In this document: piece by piece, positions 27,301-34,910 of the stretch
How positions within the stretch are numbered: position 1 is the first letter of the stretch
How the letters are laid out: each line of letters starts with the position of its first letter
NCBI RefSeq assembly: GCF_001194135.2
Contig: NC_068986.1
Location: 44,765,462 to 44,829,461 of the forward strand
From: Octopus bimaculoides
Taxonomy: Eukaryota
Direction of reading: 5' to 3'
DNA length: 64,000 nt
Notes under the pieces: model-generated
Database searches by the model: none
Seen by the model: the letters and a program-made list of their open reading frames with translations, nothing else
Told to the model about the DNA's origin: nothing
Program-made: the position numbers and the translations under genes

Positions 27301-30300
27301 TCTCTTATTCTTGTTTTCTAGTTTTAAAAAATGAAAGGCAAATCTCCTTTTGGATACAATATGAGTTTATCTCAAGTAACATTTCCTTCTTAGTCCTAAT
27401 AGCTAAATGAACTGTATCACTGTACTACTATATCGACCAATGTAAATACTTCCAAAAATAAAGGTCTAGAAGAGTCTTATTCTGCTTTTCTAGTATTAAA
27501 AGATGAGAGGCAAATCTTCTCTTCGATGCAACATGAATTTATCTCAAGTAACATTTCCTTCTTAGCCCTAACAGCTAAATGAACTGTATCATTGTATTAT
27601 TATATGGACCAGGCTATCAGATGTTGTTACACACTACTGGTCACAATGTGCTTCCTTGCAGTTTTGAAGTTTTCAAATGATGCCATCCTGCTGGCTGGGC
27701 AGACAGGCCAACATTTTTCCTGAACGGAACACCAGTTCATTGCAGGGTTATGCATGCATAGATGGGTGCACTGAAGCAACGTTAAAAGAAGTGTTTTGCT
27801 CAAGAACACAAGGTGCTGCTTGTCTGGGAAGCAAAACCAAACTCTTAAAATTGTGAGCGCAACATCTTAACCACTAGGCCTTATGTCTTCACTTTAGTGA
27901 ACTATGGGAGGCACAATGGCCCAGTGGTTAGGGCAGCGGACTTGCGGTCGGAGGATCGCAGTTTCGATTCCCAGACCGGGCGTTGTGAGTGTTTATTGAG
28001 CGAAAACACCTAAGCTCCACGAGGCTCCGGCAGGGGGCGGTGGCGATCCCTGTTGTACTCTTTCACCCCAACTTTTTCTCATTCTTTCTTCCTGTTTCTT
28101 GAGTAATGCTGCGATAGACTGGCATCTCGTCCAGCTGGGGGGAACACATATGCCATAGAAACCGGGAAACCGGGCCCATGAGCCTGGCTAGGCATTGAAA
28201 GGGCGACGTCATGGCAGCACAGTATAATTTCACGGTGGTGCTCCAGCATGACCACAGCCATTTGGCTGAAACCCATAAATAAATAAATAAATAAATAAAT
28301 ATATATATAGAAATACTACCTAAATACACAACAAAAACACCTGCAACTTTAACCTTTTAGCTTTTAATCCAGCCATATCTGGCTTAAAACCAGCCAGATC
28401 TGGTATCTAACATCTACTTTACAATATTATTCTAAAAACAACCAATTCCACCATTGAAACATTGAAGTTATGAGAAAACGCAAAATTAATTCAAACCAAT
28501 GTGAATGATTAAGTATTACATTTGAATAATTTGAATGCTAAAGGATTAAGGACTATAAAGGACAGTTGAAATACTTTATCTACTGAGCTGTTTAACCTGC
28601 AGTAATATTTGACTAGATCTTGGTCCCCCAGAAACACAGACACTATTTATAGATTATTCAGTGTACAGTTACTAAGTAAAAAAAAAAACAATATTAGCTG
28701 ACAGTAGTCTGGAGGAAATGAATGGACAGTAGAGACAGACATGAAGTTAAATAAATCATCGTTGTTATTGTCATCATTATAGTCAGCATCACCACCATCA
28801 CCAACACTATCGTCAACACCATCATCATCATCAACATCGTTTCCATTCTCATTGTCATCGTGGTCATCATCATCTTCATTGGTTTCATCATCCTCACCAC
28901 CATCACCACTAACGCCATCATTGTTTTTGACTTCATCATCATCATCGTTGTCATCATTATCATCATCATCATTATCATCATCATCATCATCATCATCATC
29001 ACCACCACCACAAATACCACCACAAATACCACCACAAATACCACCACCACCACCATAACCACCACTACCANNNNNNNNNNNNNNNNNNNNNNNNNNNNNN
29101 NNNNNNNNNNNNNNNNNNNNNNNNNNNNNNNNNNNNNNNNNNNNNNNNNNNNNNNNNNNNNNNNNNNNNNNNNNNNNNNNNNNNNNNNNNNNNNNNNNNN
29201 NNNNNNNNNNNNNNNNNNNNNNNNNNNNNNNNNNNNNNNNNNNNNNNNNNNNNNNNNNNNNNNNNNNNNNNNNNNNNNNNNNNNNNNNNNNNNNNNNNNN
29301 NNNNNNNNNNNNNNNNNNNNNNNNNNNNNNNNNNNNNNNNNNNNNNNNNNNNNNNNNNNNNNNNNNNNNNNNNNNNNNNNNNNNNNNNNNNNNNNNNNNN
29401 NNNNNNNNNNNNNNNNNNNNNNNNNNNNNNTCACCACCATCACCACTAACGCCATCATTGTTTTTGACTTCATCATCATCATCGTTGTCATCATTATCAT
29501 CATCATCATTATTTTATGTCCATTTTCCTCATGCTGGCATGAGATGGAATGATCTCACAGCATCTCACCATTTGCCATACTTCTTCTTCATCCTCCATAC
29601 AGAGCCACAGAGATAATCACCAATCTTTTAATGGTTTTAATGACTGGCTGCCCCTTCCTTGAAAGGAAGAGGCATTTAGTCATTGCTGCTATCCTAGATA
29701 GGTTTGCCTGCATGTTGTTTATGAAATTCTGCACATTGGGACTAAACCTGAGACCACATGGTTGGGAAGCAAGTTTCTTAACTGCACAGTCATGCCTGCA
29801 ACTACATACATACATACATACATACAATATATATATTTATATATATAAATAATCAGAAAATGGAGAAAACTTCAGATCAACAAACAAATCAATTGGACCA
29901 CATCTATAGCTTATTATTTAATACAAAACATGACATAACATTTATGTGGCATAACAATTCTTACAGCTGTTTCAGCTTCCAATGCCAGTCAGTGCCTATG
30001 AAAGAATTTCCGAAATAATAGTCTTTATCTTCATAGGATATTCGAACTAGAGCATGGAGCTTCATCAGAGTGAATATAAGCACATCAAAAATAAAGAAAA
30101 GGAAGAGGGAATTGAAAACATGGCCTAGGGAAGAAGTCTGGAGGCCTAATATATTAAAATCATACAATCTTCCATTATAGGGCTTCGAAGTCTATAGGCA
30201 AAAGAGTGATCTAGCAATGGTCTAGGGAAAATTTTTTTCGGGTTTTTTGTATATAAAGGGGGAACCAAGATGTTTTAAAAGTTGTGGAAAGAAGTTAGCA

Positions 30301-33300
30301 AAAAAATATAATGCCAGAAAATTACTAACATGTCTATAAAAAGAGCATTGTCTACGTTAATGTAAATATCTCTAGCTGATATTTAACTAAAACAATACCG
30401 TAAGGTTCATATGATAGTGTACTTACAGAAATATTACAGAGAACATCACCTGTTGTCCGCAATGGGATAGGCTGATGTCTAGTGATCTCTACAATTGTTC
30501 AATTATATTTGAACCAAGGGCAAAAGTTAAAACCGTTTTAATGGATATGTAAATAAAAAAGAAAAATAAGTAAATAAATAAAGGGTGCGGGAAAGAAGAC
30601 TATGATATAAGTGGTACAAGGATGCTTATGGATTTCTGCAGCTTCTCGACATAACATGAATAAGAATAAATAAATAGATAAATACGATCAAATAAATATA
30701 GCTGTCATAGTTAAGGGGAGACAACTACTACAGATTTTTACATATATAAAAAAACATCCATTGAAACGGTTTTAACTTTTGCTCTTGGTTCAAATATAAT
30801 TGAACAATTGTAGAGATCACTAGACTTCAGTCATAAGGCCCAATGTTCGAAGGTCATGCTTCACCACTTCATCCCAGGTCTTCCTGGGTCTACCTCTTCC
30901 ACAGGTTCCCTCCACTGTTAGAGTGTGACAATTTTTCACACAGCTGTCTTCATCCATACACAATACATGACTACACCAGCTTAGTCATCACTCTTACACA
31001 CCACATCTGATGCTTCAGATGTCCAACTTTTCTCTCAGGGCACTTATACTTTGTCGTGTATGCACACTGACATTACACATCCAGCAGAGCATACTAGCTT
31101 CATTTCTTAAAAGTAAACAATCACATTATTGAAATCTCAAAGCTACAAGATAATGCATAATTAATTCAAAGCAGTATCAATAAATAAGCAAGGCAATGGA
31201 CAGAGAAACCTGACTGCTAAATGGTCAACACTTTAGCATTTAAACCAGCCATATCTAGTCCAAATAGTCTACCTATTTTATGTTCAGACAGATCTGACTC
31301 TTCACACCTAACCAACAATGTCATTCTAAAAATAAACAATCCCATCATCGAAATCTCAAAGCCACAAGATAATGCATAATTAATTCAAAACAATGAGAAT
31401 AAATAAGCATTGCATTCGACAGAGTAATATGGATGCTAAAAGGTTATATATATATAACTACCATTAAGATATTGCAACTAACTCACTCAACTGTCTTTAC
31501 TCTTTATCCAAATGAAAATGGATATTAGCTATTACTGAATTAATATTTGAAGATTTGATTAGTACTTTAAAATAGTTTGACTAATTTCATTCTTTTGGCT
31601 TTTTTTAAATCTTTTATTACAGAAATCCGAGAATCTGCATTATGCCTGGGTGTTGGCCTCAGTTTACTACTCATCTTACTGCTTTTATGTCTCCTGATCT
31701 GTTGTGTCAGGTTTGTTATTGTTTCATCTCTTAAGCCATTATTATTCTTTTTTTCCTTTTACTTGTTTCAGTTATCTAACTGCAGTCATGCTGGAGCACC
31801 GCCTTGAAGGGTTTTAGTCAAACAAATCGACCCCAGGACTTATTTTTAAAGCCTAGTACTTATTCTATTGGTCATTTTTGCTGAACTACTAAGTTACAAG
31901 GATGTAAGCACACCACACCAGTTGTCAAGTGGTGATGGGGGACAAAAACAGACACAAGGACACGGACACACACACACACACACACACATGACAGGCTTCT
32001 TTTAGTTTCCATCTACCAAGTCCACTTACAAGGCTTTGGTCAGACCGAAGCTATAGTACAAGACACTTGCCTGAAGTTCCATACAGACTGAACCTAGAAC
32101 CATGTGGTTGGGAAGCAAGCTTCTTACCACACCGCCATGCCTAGAATTTCTTTTTTTATTATTTTCACCAAAATCATTATTATTTAACATCCATTTTCCA
32201 TGCTGGCATGGATTGCACAGTTTGACAGAATCCAGAGAACCACAGTGCTGTCTCAAGCTCTAATGTCAGCTTCAGCATGGTTGCTATAGTTGGATGCCCT
32301 TCCTAATGCCAACCACACTACATTATGTACTGGATGCTTTTTTCATGCCACCAGCACTAGTGAGGTCACCAAATAACTTGCAAAACAGGAAAAGAACAGG
32401 TGGCACTGGCATCAGCCATGACTACAATTTTACTGGACTCAACAGGTCTTCTCAAGCACAGCATATTACCCGATGGTTGAAGGGTACTTTTAAACAGGCC
32501 ATTTATGCAACACTTACATCGGCCACAGCTACAATTTCACTTGGCTTGCCAAATCTTCTCAAGCACAGCATATCTCCAGAGGTCTTGGTCACTTGTCATT
32601 GCCTCTGTGAGGCCCAATGTTTGAAGGTTGTGCTTCACTGCCTCATCCCATGTCTTCCTGGATCTACCTCTTCCACAAGTTCTCTCCGCTGTTAGGGTGT
32701 GACACTTCTTCACAACTGTCCTCATCCATACGCAACACATGACCATACCAGTGCAGTCGTCTCTCTTGCACACCACATCTGATGCTTCTAATGTCCAAAT
32801 TTTCTCTCACAGCACTGACACTCTTTTGTGTATGCACACTGACATTATACATCCAGCCGAGCATACTAGCTTCATTTCTTTCAAGCCTACACATGTCCTC
32901 AGCAGTCACAGCCCATGTTTCACTGCCGTGTAGCATGGCTGTTCACACACAGGCATCATACAGTCTCCTTTACACTCTGAGTGAGAGGCCTTTGTTACCA
33001 GCAGAGGTAGGAGCTCTTTGAACTTTGCCCAAGCTATCCTTATTCTAGCAGCTACGCTCTCAGAGCAGCCACCCCAATACTGACTTGGTCACCTAGGTAA
33101 TGGAAGCTCTCAACTACTTCTAGTTTTTCCCCCTTGAATGTGATGGAATCTGTTTTCTGTACATCTTCGGTGTTTATTGCCCCTGTGAATCTGTCACACA
33201 CAAAAACTATCTTTTCAGTTAACCTTCCTTTGATATTGCTGCACCTCTTGCATGTCCAGAGCTTACACCAAGTACATTTTATGGAGTTTCTACCTACCCC

Positions 33301-33407
33301 TTTTCTACAGATCGAGCAGGTCCATCTACTTGAAGGGATTTGTGATTTGTCTGCTTTCCTACTTATTAAGACTTTGGTTCTTGTATATCTATCTATCTAT
33401 CTATCTA

Positions 33408-33451
<44 letters not shown>

Positions 33452-34910
33452 TTGTTCGAATAAAACCTGTCAAGGCAGTGCTCCAACATGGCCACAGTCA
33501 AATGACTGAAACAAGCAAAGGAATAAAAGAATATATATAAACATGTGTGTGTGTATATATCATCATATATATATATATATCAAAACTCCCACTCTGCTCC
33601 TAGCATCTGATGAGGTGGACATATTCTACATTCCCACAAAATTTGAAGTCATATGGTGCTGAGTCAGACTGAAATTATATACGTACATACATATGTACAA
33701 ACACACACACACACACACACACACAGAGCCACACACGTGTAACTAATATATAAATATTTATCTAGTTAAACTATTCAAAGGTAATGATGGTGACGAGGAC
33801 TAAGTTATGATAAGTTTTCCATTTTCCATATATTAGTCAATGTTTCTTCTTTGGTCTCTTGCAGACGTCGAAGACAAAGACGGAGAGAATCTTCTTCTGG
33901 AACACAACCAGATTCAATAGTTTCCTGGATACCCCAGCATCATTTTTTGAATGATGACAGTGAACCACACTGTTTCAGAAATGTTAAATCAACTTTACAC
34001 TCAGATCCTTGGGAGGTAAGTATTTCTGAGAGTAAATGTTAACTTTTATATTTTACTTGCTGAGGCACTAACTTGAAGGATTTTGTTAAACAAATTGACA
34101 GCAGTGCTATTTCTTTTTCTTAAGTCTGGTATTTACTCTCTCAGTCTTTTTTTTTTGCTTAACCTCTAATGTTATTAGGATGTAAACAAACCAACACCTA
34201 TTGTACGGTGATGATAGGGAAGGAGGGACAAACGCACACACACACACACACGCACACACATATGATGGGCTTCTTTCAGTTTCCTTCTACCAAGTCCACT
34301 CACAAGGCTTTAATCAGCCTGAGGTTATAGCAGAAAACACTGTGTGTGTGTGTGCGTGTGCGAGTACGTGTGTGTATGTGTGTGTGCGAGTACGTGTGTG
34401 CAAGTGCGCGCGCGTGTATGTGTGTATGTGTAAATGGGTATAAAATTAATTTTTTTATACCCAATATATGCGAAGTGTCACCAGAAAATACTCATTAGCA
34501 GTCCTCTCTGTTTCAGTTGCCTCCCTTTACACCCTGTTGCGTTATCCTTTTGTTCTCCAAGACCAAACTAATAAGCATTGGCCAAAGTACTGGATTTAAT
34601 ATATTGAAACTAAAATCCATGAAAACATTACTAAAGCATAGGTACAGTCTAACAACTGATACCAGTAAAAGTGTATCACATTTTTAATTTATATTTTTGA
34701 TTTGCTTTCTTCAAATTTAATTTTTTTTTTGTTTTTTGTTTTTTTTTTCCACAGACTGTCAGGTCAAGCAGTAGCGATGGTCCAGCGTTTTTCACTGAAG
34801 GTATTCCTGCATTTTTCTCATCAAGTATTCGTGGACTCAATGGAACAAAGCTAAGTGATTGGAGTCCTGGTGCTTTACAAGTCAACCTCCGTGACGACAT
34901 GGCTGTTTGA
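796..34910 (+). CDS. MUC4-like: Mucin-4-like type I membrane glycoprotein (NIDO-AMOP-VWD-EGFx3-TM), 5'-partial; join(796..1083,2939..3152,7586..8011,9497..9675,10484..10645,14107..14287,15394..15548,17081..17204,20921..21250,23874..24050,25679..25751,26092..26144,31623..31710,33865..34015,34755..34910)
   Basis: 15 AG/GT-bounded exons with matching phases give one open frame of 2757 nt (918 aa + TGA). Domain motifs occur in MUC4 order, without the sushi domain of Mesh/SUSD2. Orthology to vertebrate MUC4 is not demonstrated. Confidence 0.9.
1259..1662 (+). mobile_element. tRNA-derived SINE, family A (full copy; second tail to ~1955)
   Basis: A-box/B-box-like head GGCTGTGTGGTAAG...GTTCAGTCC, CORE-like GGCACCTTAGGGAAGTG, internal (TA/TG)n, tail ending GACTGAAACCAGTAAAAGA. 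Further copies or fragments at 17585(+), 20180(-), 21415(-), 31755-32140(-), 34050(-), 38330(-), 42390, 44900(-), 46325-46875(-), 47670-48085(-), 48345-48755(-), 49520(+), 52205(+), 58165(+). Confidence 0.85.
1960..2195 (+). mobile_element. tRNA-derived SINE, family C
   Basis: GAGCTGGCAGAAACGTTAGCAC...GAGTTCAAATTCC...GACTTTGCCTTTCATCCTTTCGGGGTCGAT. Other copies 8118-8333(-), 8363-8580, 8595-8775, 9065-9285, 18025-18240, 19565-19770, 19782-20000, 24100-24185, 36985-37170, 46165-46310(-). Confidence 0.85.
2708..2916. mobile_element. TTAA-flanked piggyBac-like MITE (degenerate)
   Basis: TTAA at both ends, right end AATGCTAAAGAGTTAA; same family at 28349-28549, 31120-31446 and partly 45240-45480. 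Confidence 0.65.
2939..3152 (+). CDS. MUC4-like exon (NIDO domain, part 2)
   Basis: ttctccag|ATG...ACA G|gtagg; MATFQMALV...TFFIFSY...W...IGFSDG...GNT(G); phase 0-1. Confidence 0.92.
3245..3636 (-). mobile_element. SINE family A, full copy
   Basis: reverse complement of the 1259-1662 element. Confidence 0.85.
3690..4395 (+). mobile_element. SINE family A with a nested family B SINE (3856-4174)
   Basis: family A head 3690-3850 and tail 4190-4395 separated by a complete family B copy inside the (TA)n. Confidence 0.8.
3856..4174 (+). mobile_element. tRNA-derived CORE-like SINE, family B (head B + tail 1)
   Basis: GGCACGTGGCTTAGTGGTTAG...GAGTTCAATTCC, TTGTGTCCTTGAGCAAGACAC core; second copy 21620-21925. 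Confidence 0.85.
4559..4935 (+). mobile_element. tRNA-derived SINE, head B' + tail 1
   Basis: GGAGGCACAATAGCCCAGTGGTTAGG...GGTTTCGATTCC; other copies 22085-22461(-) and 44210-44583(+). Confidence 0.85.
5880..6120 (-). pseudogene. Tc1/mariner-superfamily transposase N-terminal fragment
   Basis: minus-strand translation HAVLLGIHA*SSTMNISECLG...RTVQ resembles a paired-type HTH start; stops present. Confidence 0.45.
6332..6990 (+). mobile_element. mariner transposon, 5' half, decayed
   Basis: TA|TTAGGTTG left TIR; FLYEYKLGHSAAEALRNI..., RTIQRWF, VPHQL, IITCDEKWMLFDN (first catalytic Asp region), with frameshifts and stops. Confidence 0.9.
7586..8011 (+). CDS. MUC4-like exon (AMOP domain)
   Basis: ttcag|GC...CTT G|gtgagt; GKQGVW...CPCIQTQAKADFRF...QCVY...FCCEGIPSYCNLYYSRRPSSTCKNYLPP; phase 1-1. 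Confidence 0.93.
9497..9675 (+). CDS. MUC4-like exon (VWD start, GDPH)
   Basis: tttcag|GA...GAA|gtaagt; GWSWGDPHFHTIDGNDYTFNGWGEY; phase 1-0. Confidence 0.95.
9852..10104 (+). mobile_element. SINE, head B + tail 2
   Basis: head matches the 3856 copy up to AAAAATGAGTA, then switches to the tail also seen at 28100-28205. Confidence 0.75.
10484..10645 (+). CDS. MUC4-like exon (VWD middle)
   Basis: atttacag|TTT...AAA|gtgagt; FTMVDCIKDVRILINQTEK...NSLLITFRNGIAVK; phase 0-0. Confidence 0.88.
11072..13534 (-). mobile_element. Internally deleted Ty3/Gypsy (K02A2.6-like) LTR retrotransposon
   Basis: TG...CA direct repeats 11072-11393 and 13199-13534; minus-strand PBS-like TGGTGA after the 5' LTR and PPT AAAGGGGAGA before the 3' LTR; gag remnant, CCHC (CFHCGDTGH), protease LDMGSDITII, RT start DWAAP; TTATT on both flanks. 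Confidence 0.9.
13575..14010 (-). mobile_element. R4/Dong-like non-LTR retrotransposon 3' end (restriction-like endonuclease)
   Basis: IVLIEK...IIDIPCPAD...EK..RY..L...LW...VPIIVRALG...LQKTVLLGTARIL; abuts (TAA)n. Confidence 0.8.
14107..14287 (+). CDS. MUC4-like exon (VWD end)
   Basis: ttatag|ATT...ACA T|gtgagt; ...TYGLLGFANNNITDDFLGRNG...RQLFEFGET(W); phase 0-1. Confidence 0.92.
15394..15548 (+). CDS. MUC4-like exon (post-VWD)
   Basis: ttctttag|GG...CAG|gtaggt; (W)RVRVNESLFTY...YHNLSFVPRFF; phase 1-0. Confidence 0.88.
15940..16900. mobile_element. Rearranged RTE-type LINE fragments
   Basis: minus 15968-16183 RRPRGRPRMRWLD (RT C-terminus); plus 16150-16900 decayed EN-RT linker. Confidence 0.6.
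17081..17204 (+). CDS. MUC4-like exon (Cys-containing helical segment after VWD)
   Basis: cctacag|CAA...TTC G|gtaaat; QCSNYSFYEACLQDSAKMQDVQAA...; phase 0-1. Confidence 0.82.
18240..18385. repeat. (TTG)n/(TTA)n microsatellite
   Basis: direct reading; one of dozens of SSRs, e.g. 7020-7150, 41141-41210, 58030-58115. Confidence 0.95.
18610..19520 (-). mobile_element. R4/Dong-like LINE 3' fragment (CCHC + RLE endonuclease)
   Basis: WEQKPLHGKY...GLKAESEGFIFAAQDQSLLT...CRYC...ETMDHL...ILWDF...LIDMSIP...IPVIVRALG. Confidence 0.85.
20921..21250 (+). CDS. MUC4-like exon (Ig-like linker and start of EGF1)
   Basis: atttcag|AA...AAA G|gtaact; ...FDEKTGIFNWTP...PSIHFCNCKNGGECD; phase 1-1. Confidence 0.9.
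23587..23720 (+). repeat. Dispersed repeat shared with 51940-52072
   Basis: CAAGACTATTGA.AAGGTTGCAAGACGCAACGAAAATTTTAGGAAAAT... present at both loci. Confidence 0.8.
23874..24050 (+). CDS. MUC4-like exon (end of EGF1 and EGF2)
   Basis: gttacag|AT...TAT G|gtaaat; DKFYKVACICPKNFGGDQCEVRPCNLSHCHENVRC...CGNCPFSMVGTGKVCY; phase 1-1. Confidence 0.92.
25679..25751 (+). CDS. MUC4-like exon (EGF3, first part)
   Basis: gtctag|GG...TGC AA|gtaaaa; GFCSIIPCKNGGSCDRMKNGTYYC(K); phase 1-2. Confidence 0.88.
25845..25905 (+). repeat. 15-bp minisatellite (GTTGTATTTTCTTAT) x~4
   Basis: direct reading. Confidence 0.85.
26092..26144 (+). CDS. MUC4-like exon (EGF3, second part)
   Basis: attcaaag|A TGC...ATC A|gtaagt; CQEGFGGYFCEGSNVNI; phase 2-1. 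Confidence 0.87.
27293..27611 (+). repeat. 172-bp tandem duplication
   Basis: units start TCTAGAAG at 27293 and 27465. Confidence 0.8.
27907..28205 (+). mobile_element. SINE, head B' + tail 2
   Basis: head matches the 4559 copy up to CTTCCTGTTTCT, then GAGTAATGCTGCGATAGACTGGC tail. Confidence 0.8.
28349..28549. mobile_element. TTAA-flanked piggyBac-like MITE
   Basis: TTAACCTTTTAGC...GCTAAAGGATTAA terminal inverted repeats. Confidence 0.7.
28760..29515. repeat. (CAT/CAC)n compound microsatellite spanning an N gap
   Basis: trinucleotide runs; 28896-28975 is repeated at 29431-29515. Confidence 0.9.
29950..30075 (-). ncRNA. Type I hammerhead ribozyme motif (Penelope/retrozyme type) with extended stem II
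   Basis: minus strand CTGATGA (30068-30062), AGCT/AGCT-closed 88-nt stem II, GAAA (29973-29970), palindromic CAGCTG stem III, GUA cleavage triplet ending at 29962; stem I short and bulged. Confidence 0.7.
30471..30832. repeat. ~78-bp inverted repeat (30471-30547 / 30754-30832)
   Basis: arms nearly perfect reverse complements, ~205-bp spacer. Confidence 0.9.
30833..31110 (-). mobile_element. RTE LINE 3' fragment
   Basis: shorter copy of 32600-32890. Confidence 0.75.
31623..31710 (+). CDS. MUC4-like exon (transmembrane helix)
   Basis: ttattacag|AA...GTC AG|gtttgt; (K)IRESALCLGVGLSLLLILLLLCLLICCV(R); phase 1-2. Confidence 0.88.
32170..33200 (-). mobile_element. RTE LINE 3' end plus UTR/SINE-like tail
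   Basis: MLHGSETWAVTAEDM.RLERNEASML...RRL.WYGHV.RM...GRGR.RKTW. Tail GGCATTAGGAAGGGCATCC also occurs alone at 10880-11040, 20560-20780 and 57290-57500. Confidence 0.85.
33865..34015 (+). CDS. MUC4-like exon (cytoplasmic, polybasic stop-transfer)
   Basis: ctcttgcag|A CGT...GAG|gtaagt; RRRQRRRESSSGTQPDSIVSW...SDPWE; phase 2-0. Confidence 0.88.
34755..34910 (+). CDS. MUC4-like probable last coding exon
   Basis: long T tract ccacag|ACT; TVRSSSSDGPAFFTEG...VNLRDDMAV-TGA; phase 0; no homology check possible. Confidence 0.7.
   Translation, partial: TVRSSSSDGPAFFTEGIPAFFSSSIRGLNGTKLSDWSPGALQVNLRDDMAV

Noticed and set aside
28694-29552. Thr/Met/Val-rich ORFs that could be a mucin PTS stalk exon between EGF3 and TM
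   Set aside because: Pure (CAT/CAC)n microsatellite with no convincing splice sites; sequence duplicated on both sides of the N gap suggests an assembly overlap. A hidden exon in the gap cannot be excluded.
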